Shown here in pieces: positions 9,695 through 19,243 of a stretch of DNA of 64,000 nt. Source of the DNA: Clostridia bacterium. Its GTDB lineage: Bacteria > Bacillota > Clostridia > Oscillospirales > CAG-272. A program made the position numbers and the translations under genes. The notes under the pieces are model-generated. The model was not told the DNA's origin. It saw nothing but the letters and a program-made list of their open reading frames with translations, and made no database searches. The DNA is taken from NCBI GenBank assembly GCA_017468385.1, contig JAFUIQ010000009.1:68614-132613 (forward strand). The letters are read 5' to 3'. Within the stretch, counting starts at the first letter, position 1. Each line of letters opens with the position of its first letter.

Positions 9695-11320
9695 ATGGCT
9701 GAAATGATCGATACATCGGATATCAGTCTTTTGTATCCGGATGGAGAAAGTATGCGCCGCGCCGGCCTGGGCGAGAACGGTGCCCGTTTGAGCGACGTTA
9801 CGGCGGAGCAGTTGGAGCTCTATTATCTGATCGATTTGAAAAGCAGCGATATCGGAAGCTTTTTCACCAGCGATATAGAGACCATCCGCTATCGGCAGGA
9901 GACCTTTGCCGACATGGCGGAGAATCCGGATCTGGCCCGGGTGCTTCTGAAGATGCTGCCGCTGCTGGGCGATATCACCGAGCTGCGCCGTATGGGCAGT
10001 GATCACGGTGACTCCACCGAATCCTATCTGTACAGTATCACGGAGGTGGAGTTGTACACTTCTCTGATGGAGCATCTGAAAAACGGGCTATTGCCCATCG
10101 CGGATTCCTTGAAGAGCCGCGCGTTCCGTCGTTTTGCGGAGCGGATCCGCCACTTGACGGAGAGCGAATATTATAAAGAACTGAATGAAAAACTGAATGA
10201 GCTGACCAAGCGTGTCCGTGAGATCAAGAGCATCACCGTGGGCGTGAATCTGGATTCCCAGCTCCGTCCCGAACACGCAGGCGTTCTGTCCATCAATAAC
10301 GAGTATTTCAAATCCGGCGAGATTCTGGATAAGATCCTCCGCTTGGATTTCAAAAACGACGAGATGACCTGCATCGCGTCTTTGGTGCCTTTCCGGCGGA
10401 ACCAGAGCGAGAATCAGCAGATGGCGCTGTCCTTTGCCTTCAATTCCGCCATCAATGAGGTGTTCAAAACCTCCATCCGCTCCTGGCGGAAGGTGGTGCA
10501 GGTGTATGTGCTGGAGAATACGGACTTCCTGATCCGCATGATGCCGGAGATCGAGTTCGTGGTCAAGGCGGCGGAGTTGATGACCCGCCTGCGGAACCAG
10601 GGATGCCGCCTGTGCCGTCCCGAGATCCGTCCCATGGAGGAAAAATGCTTCACCGCCCGCAATCTGGGCAATCCCGTTGTGGCATTGAAGATCGGCGGGG
10701 AAACTGTCCCCAACGATTTCTCCTTCGATGAGGAGGGCATGATCTTCGTGATCACCGGCCCCAACCGCGGCGGTAAATCCGTTATGACATGTGCCGTGGG
10801 ATTGGCCTTTGTGATGGCTCAGTTGGGCTTGTACGTCTGTGCCGAGAGCGCGGTCATCAGCCCCTGTGACTGCATCTATACCCATTTCCCCACGGGATCG
10901 GAGGATACCATCGATAAGGGACGTCTGGGCGAGGAATGTGCCCGCCTGAACAGCATTTTTGAAACGCTGACCGAGTACGGCCTGGCACTGCTGGATGAGT
11001 CCCTTTCCTCCACCGGCTCCTATGAGGCATCCTATATTGCCGGCGAGGTGCTGCAGGGCTTCTCCATGGCCCGGTGCCGCTGCATTTTCTCCACCCACCT
11101 CCACGATCTGGCCGCATCGGTGGATCGGATCAATGGGGAGTGCGTTCCCCGGGGCGGTGTGAAGATTGACAACATGGTGGCCGCCATCGATGAGGGTGAG
11201 CGATCCTTCAAGGTGCGGCGTGCCCGTCCCGACGGAAAGAGCTACGCTCGGGATATCGCCGAGAAATACGGGTTGTCCTTCGAGCGCATCATGACGCGCA
11301 TTGAAGAGAATCGGAAATAA
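9695..11320 (+). CDS. MutS domain V (ABC-type ATPase) family protein lacking the mismatch-recognition domain
   Basis: Walker A GPNRGGKS, LLDESLSSTG and STHLHDL motifs. ATG 9695 is preceded by an AGAGG SD (the track start at 9680 is GTG). Confidence 0.8.
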   Translation: MAEMIDTSDISLLYPDGESMRRAGLGENGARLSDVTAEQLELYYLIDLKSSDIGSFFTSDIETIRYRQETFADMAENPDLARVLLKMLPLLGDITELRRMGSDHGDSTESYLYSITEVELYTSLMEHLKNGLLPIADSLKSRAFRRFAERIRHLTESEYYKELNEKLNELTKRVREIKSITVGVNLDSQLRPEHAGVLSINNEYFKSGEILDKILRLDFKNDEMTCIASLVPFRRNQSENQQMALSFAFNSAINEVFKTSIRSWRKVVQVYVLENTDFLIRMMPEIEFVVKAAELMTRLRNQGCRLCRPEIRPMEEKCFTARNLGNPVVALKIGGETVPNDFSFDEEGMIFVITGPNRGGKSVMTCAVGLAFVMAQLGLYVCAESAVISPCDCIYTHFPTGSEDTIDKGRLGEECARLNSIFETLTEYGLALLDESLSSTGSYEASYIAGEVLQGFSMARCRCIFSTHLHDLAASVDRINGECVPRGGVKIDNMVAAIDEGERSFKVRRARPDGKSYARDIAEKYGLSFERIMTRIEENRK

Positions 11321-11350
11321 GAGTAACCTTACGAAATCGAGGTAAGTAAA

Positions 11351-11827
11351 ATGAATGAAGTATTGAAGCTGTTGGAAGATAACGCACGCCTGAGCGCGGA
11401 TCAGCTGGCTATGATGCTGGGCAAGGAATCAGGCGAGATCCGTGATATGATCGAAAAGTACGAGCAGGATCGGGTGATCCTGGGCTACAAGGCCATCATC
11501 GACTGGGACAAAACGGATAAGGAATCCGTCACCGCCCTGATCGAAGTGAAAATCACCCCCCAAAGAGACCGGGGCTTTGACCGCGTGGCGGAGAAAATCT
11601 ACAACTATCCCGAGGTGGAGAGTTTGTATTTGATGTCCGGCGGATTTGATCTGGCCGTGATGATCGAGGGGAAAACCATGAAAGAGGTGGCTTACTTTGT
11701 GGCTATGAAGCTGGCGCCCATTGAGGACGTTATTTCTACCGCCACCCATTTCGTTCTGCGGAAATACAAGGATAAGGGCGTGGTCTACGGTGCCGGCCCC
11801 GTGGATGAGAGAGGGCAGGTTCTCTGA
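11351..11827 (+). CDS. Lrp/AsnC family transcriptional regulator
   Basis: N-terminal HTH (LKLLEDNARLSADQLAMMLG) plus a C-terminal RAM/AsnC_trans_reg-like domain. The stop overlaps the next start (ATGA). Confidence 0.85.
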   Translation: MNEVLKLLEDNARLSADQLAMMLGKESGEIRDMIEKYEQDRVILGYKAIIDWDKTDKESVTALIEVKITPQRDRGFDRVAEKIYNYPEVESLYLMSGGFDLAVMIEGKTMKEVAYFVAMKLAPIEDVISTATHFVLRKYKDKGVVYGAGPVDERGQVL

Positions 11828-12999
11828 TGATAGACTATTCCTCTTTAATCCCCTCCCACGTACAGGATATCAAACCCTCGGGTATCCGAAAGTTTTTTGA
11901 TCTGGTTTCCAGCAATCCCCGCGCCATCTCCCTCACCGTTGGTGAGCCGGATTTCGTGACGCCATGGCATATCCGTATGGCGGGCATTGAGAGTCTGGAG
12001 AAGGGAAAAACCTACTACACCGCCAACGCAGGCATGGTCGAATTGCGGGAGGAAATCGCTCGCTATCTGGATCGCCGTTTTCAGGTGAAGTACGATCCTC
12101 AAAAGGAAATCATCGTCACCGTGGGCGGAAGCGAAGCCATCGACATTACCTTCCGGGCACTTCTTGAGCCCGGCGATGAGGTGATCATCCCTCTGCCGGC
12201 GTTCGTTTGCTATGAGCCTCTGGCACGCATGGCCGGCGGCACGCCCGTGATCATCGAAACGAAAGAAGAAAACAACTTCAAGCTGACCGCCGACGAATTG
12301 CGTGCGGCCATCACCCCCAAAACCAAACTGCTGGTTATGCCGTACCCCAATAACCCCACCGGTGCCATTATGACCCGGGAGGATCTCACCGCCATCGAGC
12401 AGGTGCTCCGGGGTACCAATATTCTGATTCTATCCGACGAGATCTATGCGGAGTTGACCTATGGCCGGGAGCATTGCTCCTGTGCCGCTGTGCCCGGCCT
12501 TGCGGAGCGGACCATCCTTGCCAGCGGTTTTTCCAAGGCCTATGCCATGACCGGCTGGCGTATGGGATACCTGTGCGCTCCCCGCCCCATCGCGGCGCAG
12601 ATGCTGAAACTTCATCAGTTCGGCATCATGAGCGCGCCCACCACGGCCCAGTTTGCCGCCATTGAGGCTATGCGCAACGGCGACGACGACGTGGCGATGA
12701 TGCGGGCGGAATACAACCGCCGCCGCCGCTATCTTACATCCGGTCTGCGTGCGTTGGGAATGCCCTGCTTTGAGCCGGAGGGCGCGTTCTATGCGTTCCC
12801 CAACGTGTCCGGATTCGGCCTTAGCAGCGAAGAATTCTGTGAGCGGCTTCTCACAGAGTACGATGTGGCCATCGTTCCCGGCGGTGCTTTCGGGGCGTGC
12901 GGCGAGGGCTTTGCCCGCATCTCCTACGCCTATTCTGTGGAGCATATTTCCAAGGCGCTGGACAGAATGGAAGCATTTGTTAAAGAATTGCGCAAATAA
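11827..12999 (+). CDS. Class I/II pyridoxal-phosphate-dependent aminotransferase
   Basis: The SGFSKAYAMTGWRMGY motif contains the PLP-lysine. NPTG and EPDF motifs are present. Translationally coupled to the Lrp gene. Confidence 0.88.
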   Translation: MIDYSSLIPSHVQDIKPSGIRKFFDLVSSNPRAISLTVGEPDFVTPWHIRMAGIESLEKGKTYYTANAGMVELREEIARYLDRRFQVKYDPQKEIIVTVGGSEAIDITFRALLEPGDEVIIPLPAFVCYEPLARMAGGTPVIIETKEENNFKLTADELRAAITPKTKLLVMPYPNNPTGAIMTREDLTAIEQVLRGTNILILSDEIYAELTYGREHCSCAAVPGLAERTILASGFSKAYAMTGWRMGYLCAPRPIAAQMLKLHQFGIMSAPTTAQFAAIEAMRNGDDDVAMMRAEYNRRRRYLTSGLRALGMPCFEPEGAFYAFPNVSGFGLSSEEFCERLLTEYDVAIVPGGAFGACGEGFARISYAYSVEHISKALDRMEAFVKELRK

Positions 13000-13023
13000 T
13001 TGCGAACAAAAATGAAAAAAGGC

Positions 13024-13052
13024 TTGCAATCCATGATTTCTTATGGTATAAT
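13024..13052 (+). promoter_or_regulatory. Consensus sigma-A promoter of rpmB
   Basis: TTGCAA - 17 nt - TATAAT. Confidence 0.6.
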
Positions 13053-13099
13053 AAGCAATGCTGATTGAATAATGATCCTTAAGACGGAGGTAATGATAA

Positions 13100-13285
13100 A
13101 TGGCTAAGTGCAGCATTTGCGGAAAAGGCGTTGTTTTCGGCGCTCAGGTTTCCCATTCTCACCGCTCTACCAACAGAATGTGGAAGCCCAACATCAGAAA
13201 AGTCAAGGTAAATGACAACGGCACGCACAAGACGGTTGCTGTATGCACCCGCTGCCTGCGTTCCGGTAAGGTTAACCGCGCTTAA
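13100..13285 (+). CDS. rpmB: 50S ribosomal protein L28
   Basis: MAKCSICGKGVVFGAQVSHSHRSTNRMWKPNI... is a canonical L28 sequence. GGAGG SD. Confidence 0.95.
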   Translation: MAKCSICGKGVVFGAQVSHSHRSTNRMWKPNIRKVKVNDNGTHKTVAVCTRCLRSGKVNRA

Positions 13286-13323
13286 TCTGATTTTAGCCTG
13301 TGTTTTCACAGCGGCAGAGATAA

Positions 13324-13347
13324 TCCCACCCACGGTGGGATTTTTTG
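13324..13347 (+). terminator. Rho-independent terminator of rpmB
   Basis: tcccac-ccacg-gtggga followed by tttttt. Confidence 0.7.
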
Positions 13348-13371
13348 CTTTTCACCGAAAGGAGGGAAAAC

Positions 13372-14103
13372 ATGCTGAAAAACTGTATTGCCGTGATCGG
13401 ACAGGGAGCTGCTCCGTTTCGGGATGCCCTGGCCGAATTGTGCGGCGGCGTGTTGATTCTGCCGCCCTGTCCGGGCATGGATCCCCGGGTGGCGTCCCAT
13501 CCCGATATGCTGATGATGGCCATCGGGCAGGATGTGGTTGTCCCCCGGTCGTATACCGATCGGGTGGAGGTGCGGCCACTGCTGGAGGAGTGGACCCGCC
13601 GCTGCGGCCTGCGTCTGATCCGATGTGAGCAATCCCCCGGGGAGGCCTATCCGGCGGACGTGCTGTGCAACGGCCTTTTGTACGGCGGGACATTGTACGG
13701 CAAACTATCCGCCCTGGCGCCGGAGATCCTCCGCCTGGCCGCCGAGCGTGGGATGGATGCGGTGGATGTGCATCAGGGATATACCGGATGTAGTGCCCTC
13801 GCTTGCGGTGATATTCTGTTCACCGCCGATCCGTCCATTTGTCAAGCGGTGCTGGCCCGCGGGGGCGATGTGCTGGCCCTTTCCCCCGGCGGGATCGATC
13901 TGCCCGGATACAACACAGGCTTCATCGGCGGTGCCGGCGGCTATGCCGCGAGGCGCGCGGTCTTTTTCGGGGATGTGCGCCGCCATCCCGACGGGGGGCG
14001 GATTACGCAGACGCTGGAGAAACGCGGCATCCGCTGGCATTGCCTGGGTGACGGCCCTCTGACCGATTTCGGCGGCATAAAATTTTTTCCGCTGATGGCG
14101 TAA
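13372..14103 (+). CDS. Conserved hypothetical protein (possibly the DUF6873/GME-fold family; from memory only)
   Basis: GGAGGG SD 5 nt before ATG 13372. High coding-like codon bias. I could not verify any diagnostic catalytic motif. Confidence 0.55.
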   Translation: MLKNCIAVIGQGAAPFRDALAELCGGVLILPPCPGMDPRVASHPDMLMMAIGQDVVVPRSYTDRVEVRPLLEEWTRRCGLRLIRCEQSPGEAYPADVLCNGLLYGGTLYGKLSALAPEILRLAAERGMDAVDVHQGYTGCSALACGDILFTADPSICQAVLARGGDVLALSPGGIDLPGYNTGFIGGAGGYAARRAVFFGDVRRHPDGGRITQTLEKRGIRWHCLGDGPLTDFGGIKFFPLMA

Positions 14104-14181
14104 GTTTTCCCTTTGTTCTTGCAACGGCGGGGCAAATGTGCTACAATGCTTCTATAAAATCGTATAGCAAGGAGATGCCCT

Positions 14182-14994
14182 ATGAAAAACGATGTGATTT
14201 ATCTTCGCCCCGGTGAGGACGATATCACCCTGACCACCTATGTTTCCAACGATGAGCCGGAGCTGCAGGCACCGCCCCGTCCCGCCATTGTGGTGATCCC
14301 CGGCGGCGGCTACCGATTCACATCCGACCGGGAGGCGGAGCCCATTGCCAAGATGTTCCTGGCCGCCGGATTCCAGGCGTTTATTCTCCGCTATTCGGTG
14401 CAGGAGAAGGCGCTGTTCCCCCGCCCGCTGGTGGAGGTATCCCGCGCCGTTGTCCATGTGCGCGAGAACGCCGGAGCGTATAACGTGGATCCCGATAAAG
14501 TGTTCGTGATCGGATTTTCTGCCGGTGCGCACCTGGCCGCGTCCCTTGGAACCTTGTGGCATAAGGATTTCGCCAAGGCATCCCCCGATATGACACCGGG
14601 AGCCAATCGCCCCACCGGCATGATTCTGTCCTATCCCGTCATCAGTGCCGGTCCCTTTGCCCACCGCGGCTCCTTCAATAATATTCTCGGCGAGAAATCT
14701 GCCGACGAGGAAATGCGCCGTGCCTATTCTCTGGAGTTGCAGGTGGATGAAAACACCGTCCCCACTTACATCTGGCACACTTGCACAGATGCTACCGTTC
14801 CCGTGGAGAATACACTGTTGTTCATGAACGCGCTGGCGGCCCACAAAATCCCCTTTGAGGCGCACATTTTCCCGAAAGGCCCTCACGGATTATCCTTGGC
14901 CAATGAGCAGACCAGCTGCGGCAGAGCCGAGTTGGTGGTCTCCGAGGTGGCCCAGTGGATTTACGAAGCCATCGATTGGACGAAGCGAGTGTAA
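14182..14994 (+). CDS. Alpha/beta hydrolase (esterase/lipase-type)
   Basis: The oxyanion region VVIPGGGY and the nucleophile elbow GFSAGAHLA are typical of the acetyl-esterase/lipase family. Confidence 0.85.
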   Translation: MKNDVIYLRPGEDDITLTTYVSNDEPELQAPPRPAIVVIPGGGYRFTSDREAEPIAKMFLAAGFQAFILRYSVQEKALFPRPLVEVSRAVVHVRENAGAYNVDPDKVFVIGFSAGAHLAASLGTLWHKDFAKASPDMTPGANRPTGMILSYPVISAGPFAHRGSFNNILGEKSADEEMRRAYSLELQVDENTVPTYIWHTCTDATVPVENTLLFMNALAAHKIPFEAHIFPKGPHGLSLANEQTSCGRAELVVSEVAQWIYEAIDWTKRV

Positions 14995-15220
14995 ATCCGT
15001 ATTTTTAAGAAATATCCGCTCCATTTTTGTGTAAACTGCGCATAAAATGGAGTGGATTTGTTTTTTATTGGATGAAATGAATAAAAAAATAGGTGACAAA
15101 TTCCATCATTTTGCCGGCGAGATATTTATTGACAGGTAAGGGATTTTATGGTAAAATAAATTTGAAAAGAGCAGGGAGTACGACTGCACTTTTCAAAAAT
15201 TTAATAAGGAGGACTTTTCT

Positions 15221-16042
15221 ATGAAGAAAAGACGACTAACAATTGCAGTACTCGCTTTGCTGACCGCCCTTCTTCTGGTTTCACCGGTCATAGCGGCAAC
15301 CACCTTTGGAAATGTAGATGTTGAAAAGCCCCCCGAGGAAACAGAAACACTTACCACATGTGACCACGATCACGGGAGTGGTACTGTCTCTGCTGCTGTT
15401 TTGCCCGGCCCGAGCACCGGCAAACGGCCTGTTTGTAAGCATGTCGAAATCATCACGTATTTTGACACGGATACAAACGAAAGCGGTTTTCTCTGTCCGA
15501 AATGTGGATACAGCGAAAAATATGAAGATAATAGACTGTCCCGGGATAGTGCGGATATTGTAACATCGGCGGCTGTTCGCAGTGTTTGCAATCACATCTA
15601 TTCCGGTTGGGGGCGGATATCGTCCACTCATCATCAGCGCACATGCACTTTGTGCGGCCACAAACAACCGGCGGAGCATGTACGCATCGATGAAACCTGT
15701 GACACAAATGAATACTGCAGAGACTGTTTGACTGAAGAGGATGATTGGGACAAGAAATTTGGTCACCATATGGTGTGGGAATACGATTGGCTGATGGAGG
15801 AATACGGAGATTATCACGATTACCGTTGCGATAATTCTATTCCCGGTTTTTACTATTGTGGTCATGTTGAGACTGAGGATCAGCCGTGTACATGGAGTAT
15901 CTGGTATTATACGGCTGCCGTGAACGGTGTTCATACAGAGCACAGAGAGTGTGTTCTTTGCGGTATTTGGACTGACTATGAAGAATACCCATGTTCCATT
16001 AACTTAGGTTACTGTTTTTATTGCAGAAATGTGAACTACTAA
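15221..16042 (+). CDS. Secreted Cys/His-rich protein of unknown function
   Basis: Signal peptide MKKRRLTIAVLALLTALLLVSPVIAA. About 20 Cys arranged in CxxC/HxxxC pairs (CPKCGY, HHQRTCTLCGH, YCRDC, HRECVLCG, CFYCRN). Own TTGACA-17-TAAAAT promoter and AGGAGG SD. GC is visibly lower than in the flanks. Confidence 0.7.
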   Translation: MKKRRLTIAVLALLTALLLVSPVIAATTFGNVDVEKPPEETETLTTCDHDHGSGTVSAAVLPGPSTGKRPVCKHVEIITYFDTDTNESGFLCPKCGYSEKYEDNRLSRDSADIVTSAAVRSVCNHIYSGWGRISSTHHQRTCTLCGHKQPAEHVRIDETCDTNEYCRDCLTEEDDWDKKFGHHMVWEYDWLMEEYGDYHDYRCDNSIPGFYYCGHVETEDQPCTWSIWYYTAAVNGVHTEHRECVLCGIWTDYEEYPCSINLGYCFYCRNVNY

Positions 16043-16053
16043 CCTAAAACCAA

Positions 16054-16086
16054 ATCCCCCTCGGATTTCTCCGAGGGGGATATTTT
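16054..16086. terminator. Bidirectional terminator
   Basis: atccccctcgg / ccgagggggat stem followed by atttt. Confidence 0.7.
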
Positions 16087-16089
16087 GCG

Positions 16090-16377
16090 TTATGGTTCGT
16101 TAAGCGGTGCGGCAGAATTTTTCGCCATTCGCCGGCGGCGCCAGTCACCAATGCGGCACAAGACCGCCCAAACGCCTGCACATATTACGAATACAACCAG
16201 AAAAATGCCTGTCTGCACCCGGGGCGGATATCCCATGCCGTAGGCGATCAGGGCGGCTGTCACGGCGGGCAGTGTCCGGGCGGGAGCCGCGTAGGAACGG
16301 CAAAACAGCAGAAGCAGTGCCGCGGCGGCACACATGGCCCACAAAATGGGCATCAGATCCAGCATGGCAAAGTGCAT
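16090..16377 (-). CDS. Small integral membrane protein, unknown function
   Basis: Three hydrophobic segments. GGAGG SD upstream of ATG 16377. Confidence 0.55.
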   Translation of the reverse strand: MHFAMLDLMPILWAMCAAAALLLLFCRSYAAPARTLPAVTAALIAYGMGYPPRVQTGIFLVVFVICAGVWAVLCRIGDWRRRRMAKNSAAPLNEP

Positions 16378-16412
16378 AACAATCCTCCGGGGGATGAGTT
16401 GCAGCCTGCGTA

Positions 16413-17054
16413 TCAGTATCCGATGTGGTCGATCTTCAAAGAGCCGTCCACCGGCACCAGGGTAAACACCAGTACCCGGGCGGCATCGCTGGCCACGTCC
16501 CGGCGGAAGGTGCCGTCGTTTTCATGGATGGCATAGGACACATAATACACATAGCTGTCGCCCGCATCGCCCTCGGTGCGCTCGGCTTCCTCCATCAGAA
16601 TATTGTAGATCTTCTGAGGGGCAAAGCGTTCGTAGGGCAGGGCACTTTTATAGTATGTGTCCGTGAAGCAGGAATTATACATCTGTGCGTCCCCGGTCAG
16701 AATCGCGTCAAAATAGCGGGTAAGGAACTCTACCGCCTCTCCCTGTGCCCGCACCGCTTCCGCCGATTCCAGAGCGATGGTCTCGGGGCCGCGGCGGAGA
16801 TGGATGCGCCGATCCAGTTCCAGATAGGATTCGTCCTCCAGGATGTTGGCGTCATAATCCGGGAAACAAAAGGCGGACGGCGGCAAGTGTCCCGTGTAGA
16901 TGGGGATAGGGCTCTCCGCCTTCGGCGAGGCGGAAAACAAACCCGGGATGCTGAGCAGAATTCCGCTGAGGATGCCCAGCAGTACGGCGATACCGATGCC
17001 GATGAGAATACGGCGTTTTTTCAGCAGATTGTCCTGACGTGAGCTGTTTTGCAT
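16413..17054 (-). CDS. Membrane-anchored hypothetical protein
   Basis: N-terminal TM (ILIGIGIAVLLGILSGILL) and a soluble C-terminal domain. Same strand and tight spacing with its neighbours. Confidence 0.6.
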   Translation of the reverse strand: MQNSSRQDNLLKKRRILIGIGIAVLLGILSGILLSIPGLFSASPKAESPIPIYTGHLPPSAFCFPDYDANILEDESYLELDRRIHLRRGPETIALESAEAVRAQGEAVEFLTRYFDAILTGDAQMYNSCFTDTYYKSALPYERFAPQKIYNILMEEAERTEGDAGDSYVYYVSYAIHENDGTFRRDVASDAARVLVFTLVPVDGSLKIDHIGY

Positions 17055-17073
17055 GCTGTACCCCTCACCGCTG

Positions 17074-17934
17074 TCAGTTTCCGTTTATGTAGGAGAGAAG
17101 GTTGTCCCGCCCCAATTCGATGCCCAGAAGATTGTCCTCCATGCCCTCGAATTCCACGGTGATATAGCCGTCGTATCCCGCTCCCTTCAGCAGTCGGATG
17201 CTCTGGGCGATCTTGGCCTCGCCGTGACCGATGATGGCCCCGCGGAGGTAATTGCCGGCCCGGGTGCGGAACCATCCCTTGCCGGGACTTTGCAGCATGC
17301 CGCTCTTGTAGTGGAAATCTTTTGCGTGTGCATGCACCGCATAGGGGGCCAGGATGGATACGGACAGGGTGGGATCCTCATCGGCGCACATAAAGTTGCC
17401 CAGATCCACCAGCGCGCCGAAATTGGGGTGCGCCACCGTGTTGATCAGCTTTTCCACCCGGGAGGCGTCCTGGGAGAAGTAGCCGTGATTCTCCGTCATG
17501 GTGCCGATGCCTTTCTGCTCGGCATAGGCGGCGATTTCCCGCACCGCCGGGGCGGTGATCTTCAGGGAATCATCGTATCCGCGGCAGATTTTCGTGCCGG
17601 AAAATCCACGGCTGATATCGTGCCGCATGCGGACCGCACCCATCTCCGCCGCCAGATCCACCAGCTTTTTCACCCGTTCGATCTCGGCCTTGGTGTCACC
17701 GCCGCATCCGTTGATGAAATCTGCGCCCACACAGAAGGCGGCCACGTCCAGTCCCCGCTCGGCGGCTTTTTCGCGGATGCGCTTGGCACCGTCTTTTTCC
17801 TCCATCCATTTACCCTCGGTGAATTCGATGGCGGCAAAGCCCATGTCGGCCGCTTTATCGATGATGCCCAGGTAGCCCAGGCGGTCGGGATGGATATAAC
17901 TGCCGAAGCTGTAAGAGGTTACACAGAGTTTCAT
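17074..17934 (-). CDS. Sugar phosphate isomerase/epimerase (xylose isomerase-like TIM barrel)
   Basis: MKLCVTSYSF...GFAAIEF..., a HAKDF motif, and the expected length and pattern for the AP_endonuc_2 family. AAGGAG SD. Confidence 0.8.
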   Translation of the reverse strand: MKLCVTSYSFGSYIHPDRLGYLGIIDKAADMGFAAIEFTEGKWMEEKDGAKRIREKAAERGLDVAAFCVGADFINGCGGDTKAEIERVKKLVDLAAEMGAVRMRHDISRGFSGTKICRGYDDSLKITAPAVREIAAYAEQKGIGTMTENHGYFSQDASRVEKLINTVAHPNFGALVDLGNFMCADEDPTLSVSILAPYAVHAHAKDFHYKSGMLQSPGKGWFRTRAGNYLRGAIIGHGEAKIAQSIRLLKGAGYDGYITVEFEGMEDNLLGIELGRDNLLSYINGN

Positions 17935-18102
17935 AAAAATCTCCTTATTTCGTATATCGAAGGGGGGATTTGCATAGAGTATGTCAGGACAGATGTTGTC
18001 CGGAACCCCGGCTTTCTACTGCTATTATACAGCGCAGGCGGGGAGATTGCAAGGGAATATGGCGTTTTTTTGACCCGGATGCGGGGGAATGCAAAAAAGT
18101 TC

Positions 18103-18131
18103 TTGACAAATCAACATCCGCACCGTATAAT
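18103..18131 (+). promoter_or_regulatory. Consensus sigma-A promoter of the ACP-tagA operon
   Basis: TTGACA - 17 nt - TATAAT, about 90 nt upstream of the ACP start. Confidence 0.6.
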
Positions 18132-18219
18132 GATACTGGTATTTTTTGAAGTTTTTCGTCGGATAAAACCATTATAATTGATAGAATAGGGAACGAAGTC
18201 GTTCCCGGGAGGAAACGAA

Positions 18220-18450
18220 ATGTTTGAAAAGATCAAAAGTCTTCTGGTAGAAGAGTTGTCTGTTAAGGAAGAAGATATTACTATGTCTGCGGAGCTTGTC
18301 AACGATCTGGGCATCAACTCTCTGGAGTTGGCGGATCTGGTTCTTCTGTGTGAGGAAAAGTTCGACATCGAGATTGGTGATGACGACATCCATAAGTTTG
18401 TGACTGTGGGCGACGTTGTGGATTACCTCAGCGCCAAAGCAGACGAATAA
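18220..18450 (+). CDS. Acyl/peptidyl carrier protein (phosphopantetheine-binding)
   Basis: 76 aa and acidic. The LGINSLELADL motif contains the Ser attachment site. GGGAGG SD. Confidence 0.85.
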   Translation: MFEKIKSLLVEELSVKEEDITMSAELVNDLGINSLELADLVLLCEEKFDIEIGDDDIHKFVTVGDVVDYLSAKADE

Positions 18451-18453
18451 TCC

Positions 18454-19203
18454 ATGAACCAAAATCGGATCAATGTGCGTGGCGTGTACTTCGATAACGT
18501 CACGCTGGACGAGGCGGCGCAACTGCTCCGCGCGGCAGCGCGGGAAAACAGAAGCGGCGTCTCTGTTTTTACCCCCAATGCGGAGATTGTGCAGATGTGC
18601 ATCGAGGATGCTGCCCTGTGCGGGAAGATCAATGACGGGGGCTTGGTGGTCCCCGACGGCATCGGTGTCATCAAGGCGGCGCGGATTCTCGGCACGCCTC
18701 TCAAGGAGAAGGTGGCCGGCGTGGATCTGGGCCGACGGGTGATCGCCTTCGCGGCGGAGGACGGATATCCGGTGGCATTGGTGGGCGGCAAGCCCGGCGT
18801 TGCCGAGGATGCAGCGGAGGCTCTGCGGGCGGAATATCCCGGACTGAATGTGTGCCTGACAACGGACGGTTATTTCAAGAAAGACGGCGAGGAAAACGAG
18901 GCTGTTTTGTCCCGCATCCGCGAGAGCGGAGCGCGGATCGTGTATGTGTGCTTCGGCGCCCCCGTGCAGGAGAAATGGATTGCGGCCAACCGGGACAAAC
19001 TGCCCGCGGTCAATATATTCCTCGGTCTGGGCGGTTCGCTGGATGTGTATTCCGGCCACGTGAAACGGGCTCCGAAGATCTTTATCCGTCTGGGGCTGGA
19101 GTGGCTGCATCGCCTTTTGAAGGATCCCAAACGGATTGGCCGTATGATGAGCTTGCCCAAGTTCTATTTCGGCACATGGAAGTACAAGCTGTTCAGCAAA
19201 TAA
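18454..19203 (+). CDS. tagA: WecB/TagA/CpsF family glycosyltransferase
   Basis: VFTPNAEIV, VVPDGIGV and GAPVQEKWI motifs, and about 250 aa in length. The start lies 3 nt after the ACP stop. Confidence 0.85.
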   Translation: MNQNRINVRGVYFDNVTLDEAAQLLRAAARENRSGVSVFTPNAEIVQMCIEDAALCGKINDGGLVVPDGIGVIKAARILGTPLKEKVAGVDLGRRVIAFAAEDGYPVALVGGKPGVAEDAAEALRAEYPGLNVCLTTDGYFKKDGEENEAVLSRIRESGARIVYVCFGAPVQEKWIAANRDKLPAVNIFLGLGGSLDVYSGHVKRAPKIFIRLGLEWLHRLLKDPKRIGRMMSLPKFYFGTWKYKLFSK

Positions 19204-19242
19204 AAAAGGGAGATGCGCGCTGGGCGGCATCTCCTTGTTTTT
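19202..19242. terminator. Bidirectional terminator
   Basis: ggagatgc...gcatctcc stem flanked by an A-run and ttgttttt. Confidence 0.65.
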
Positions 19243-19243
19243 A

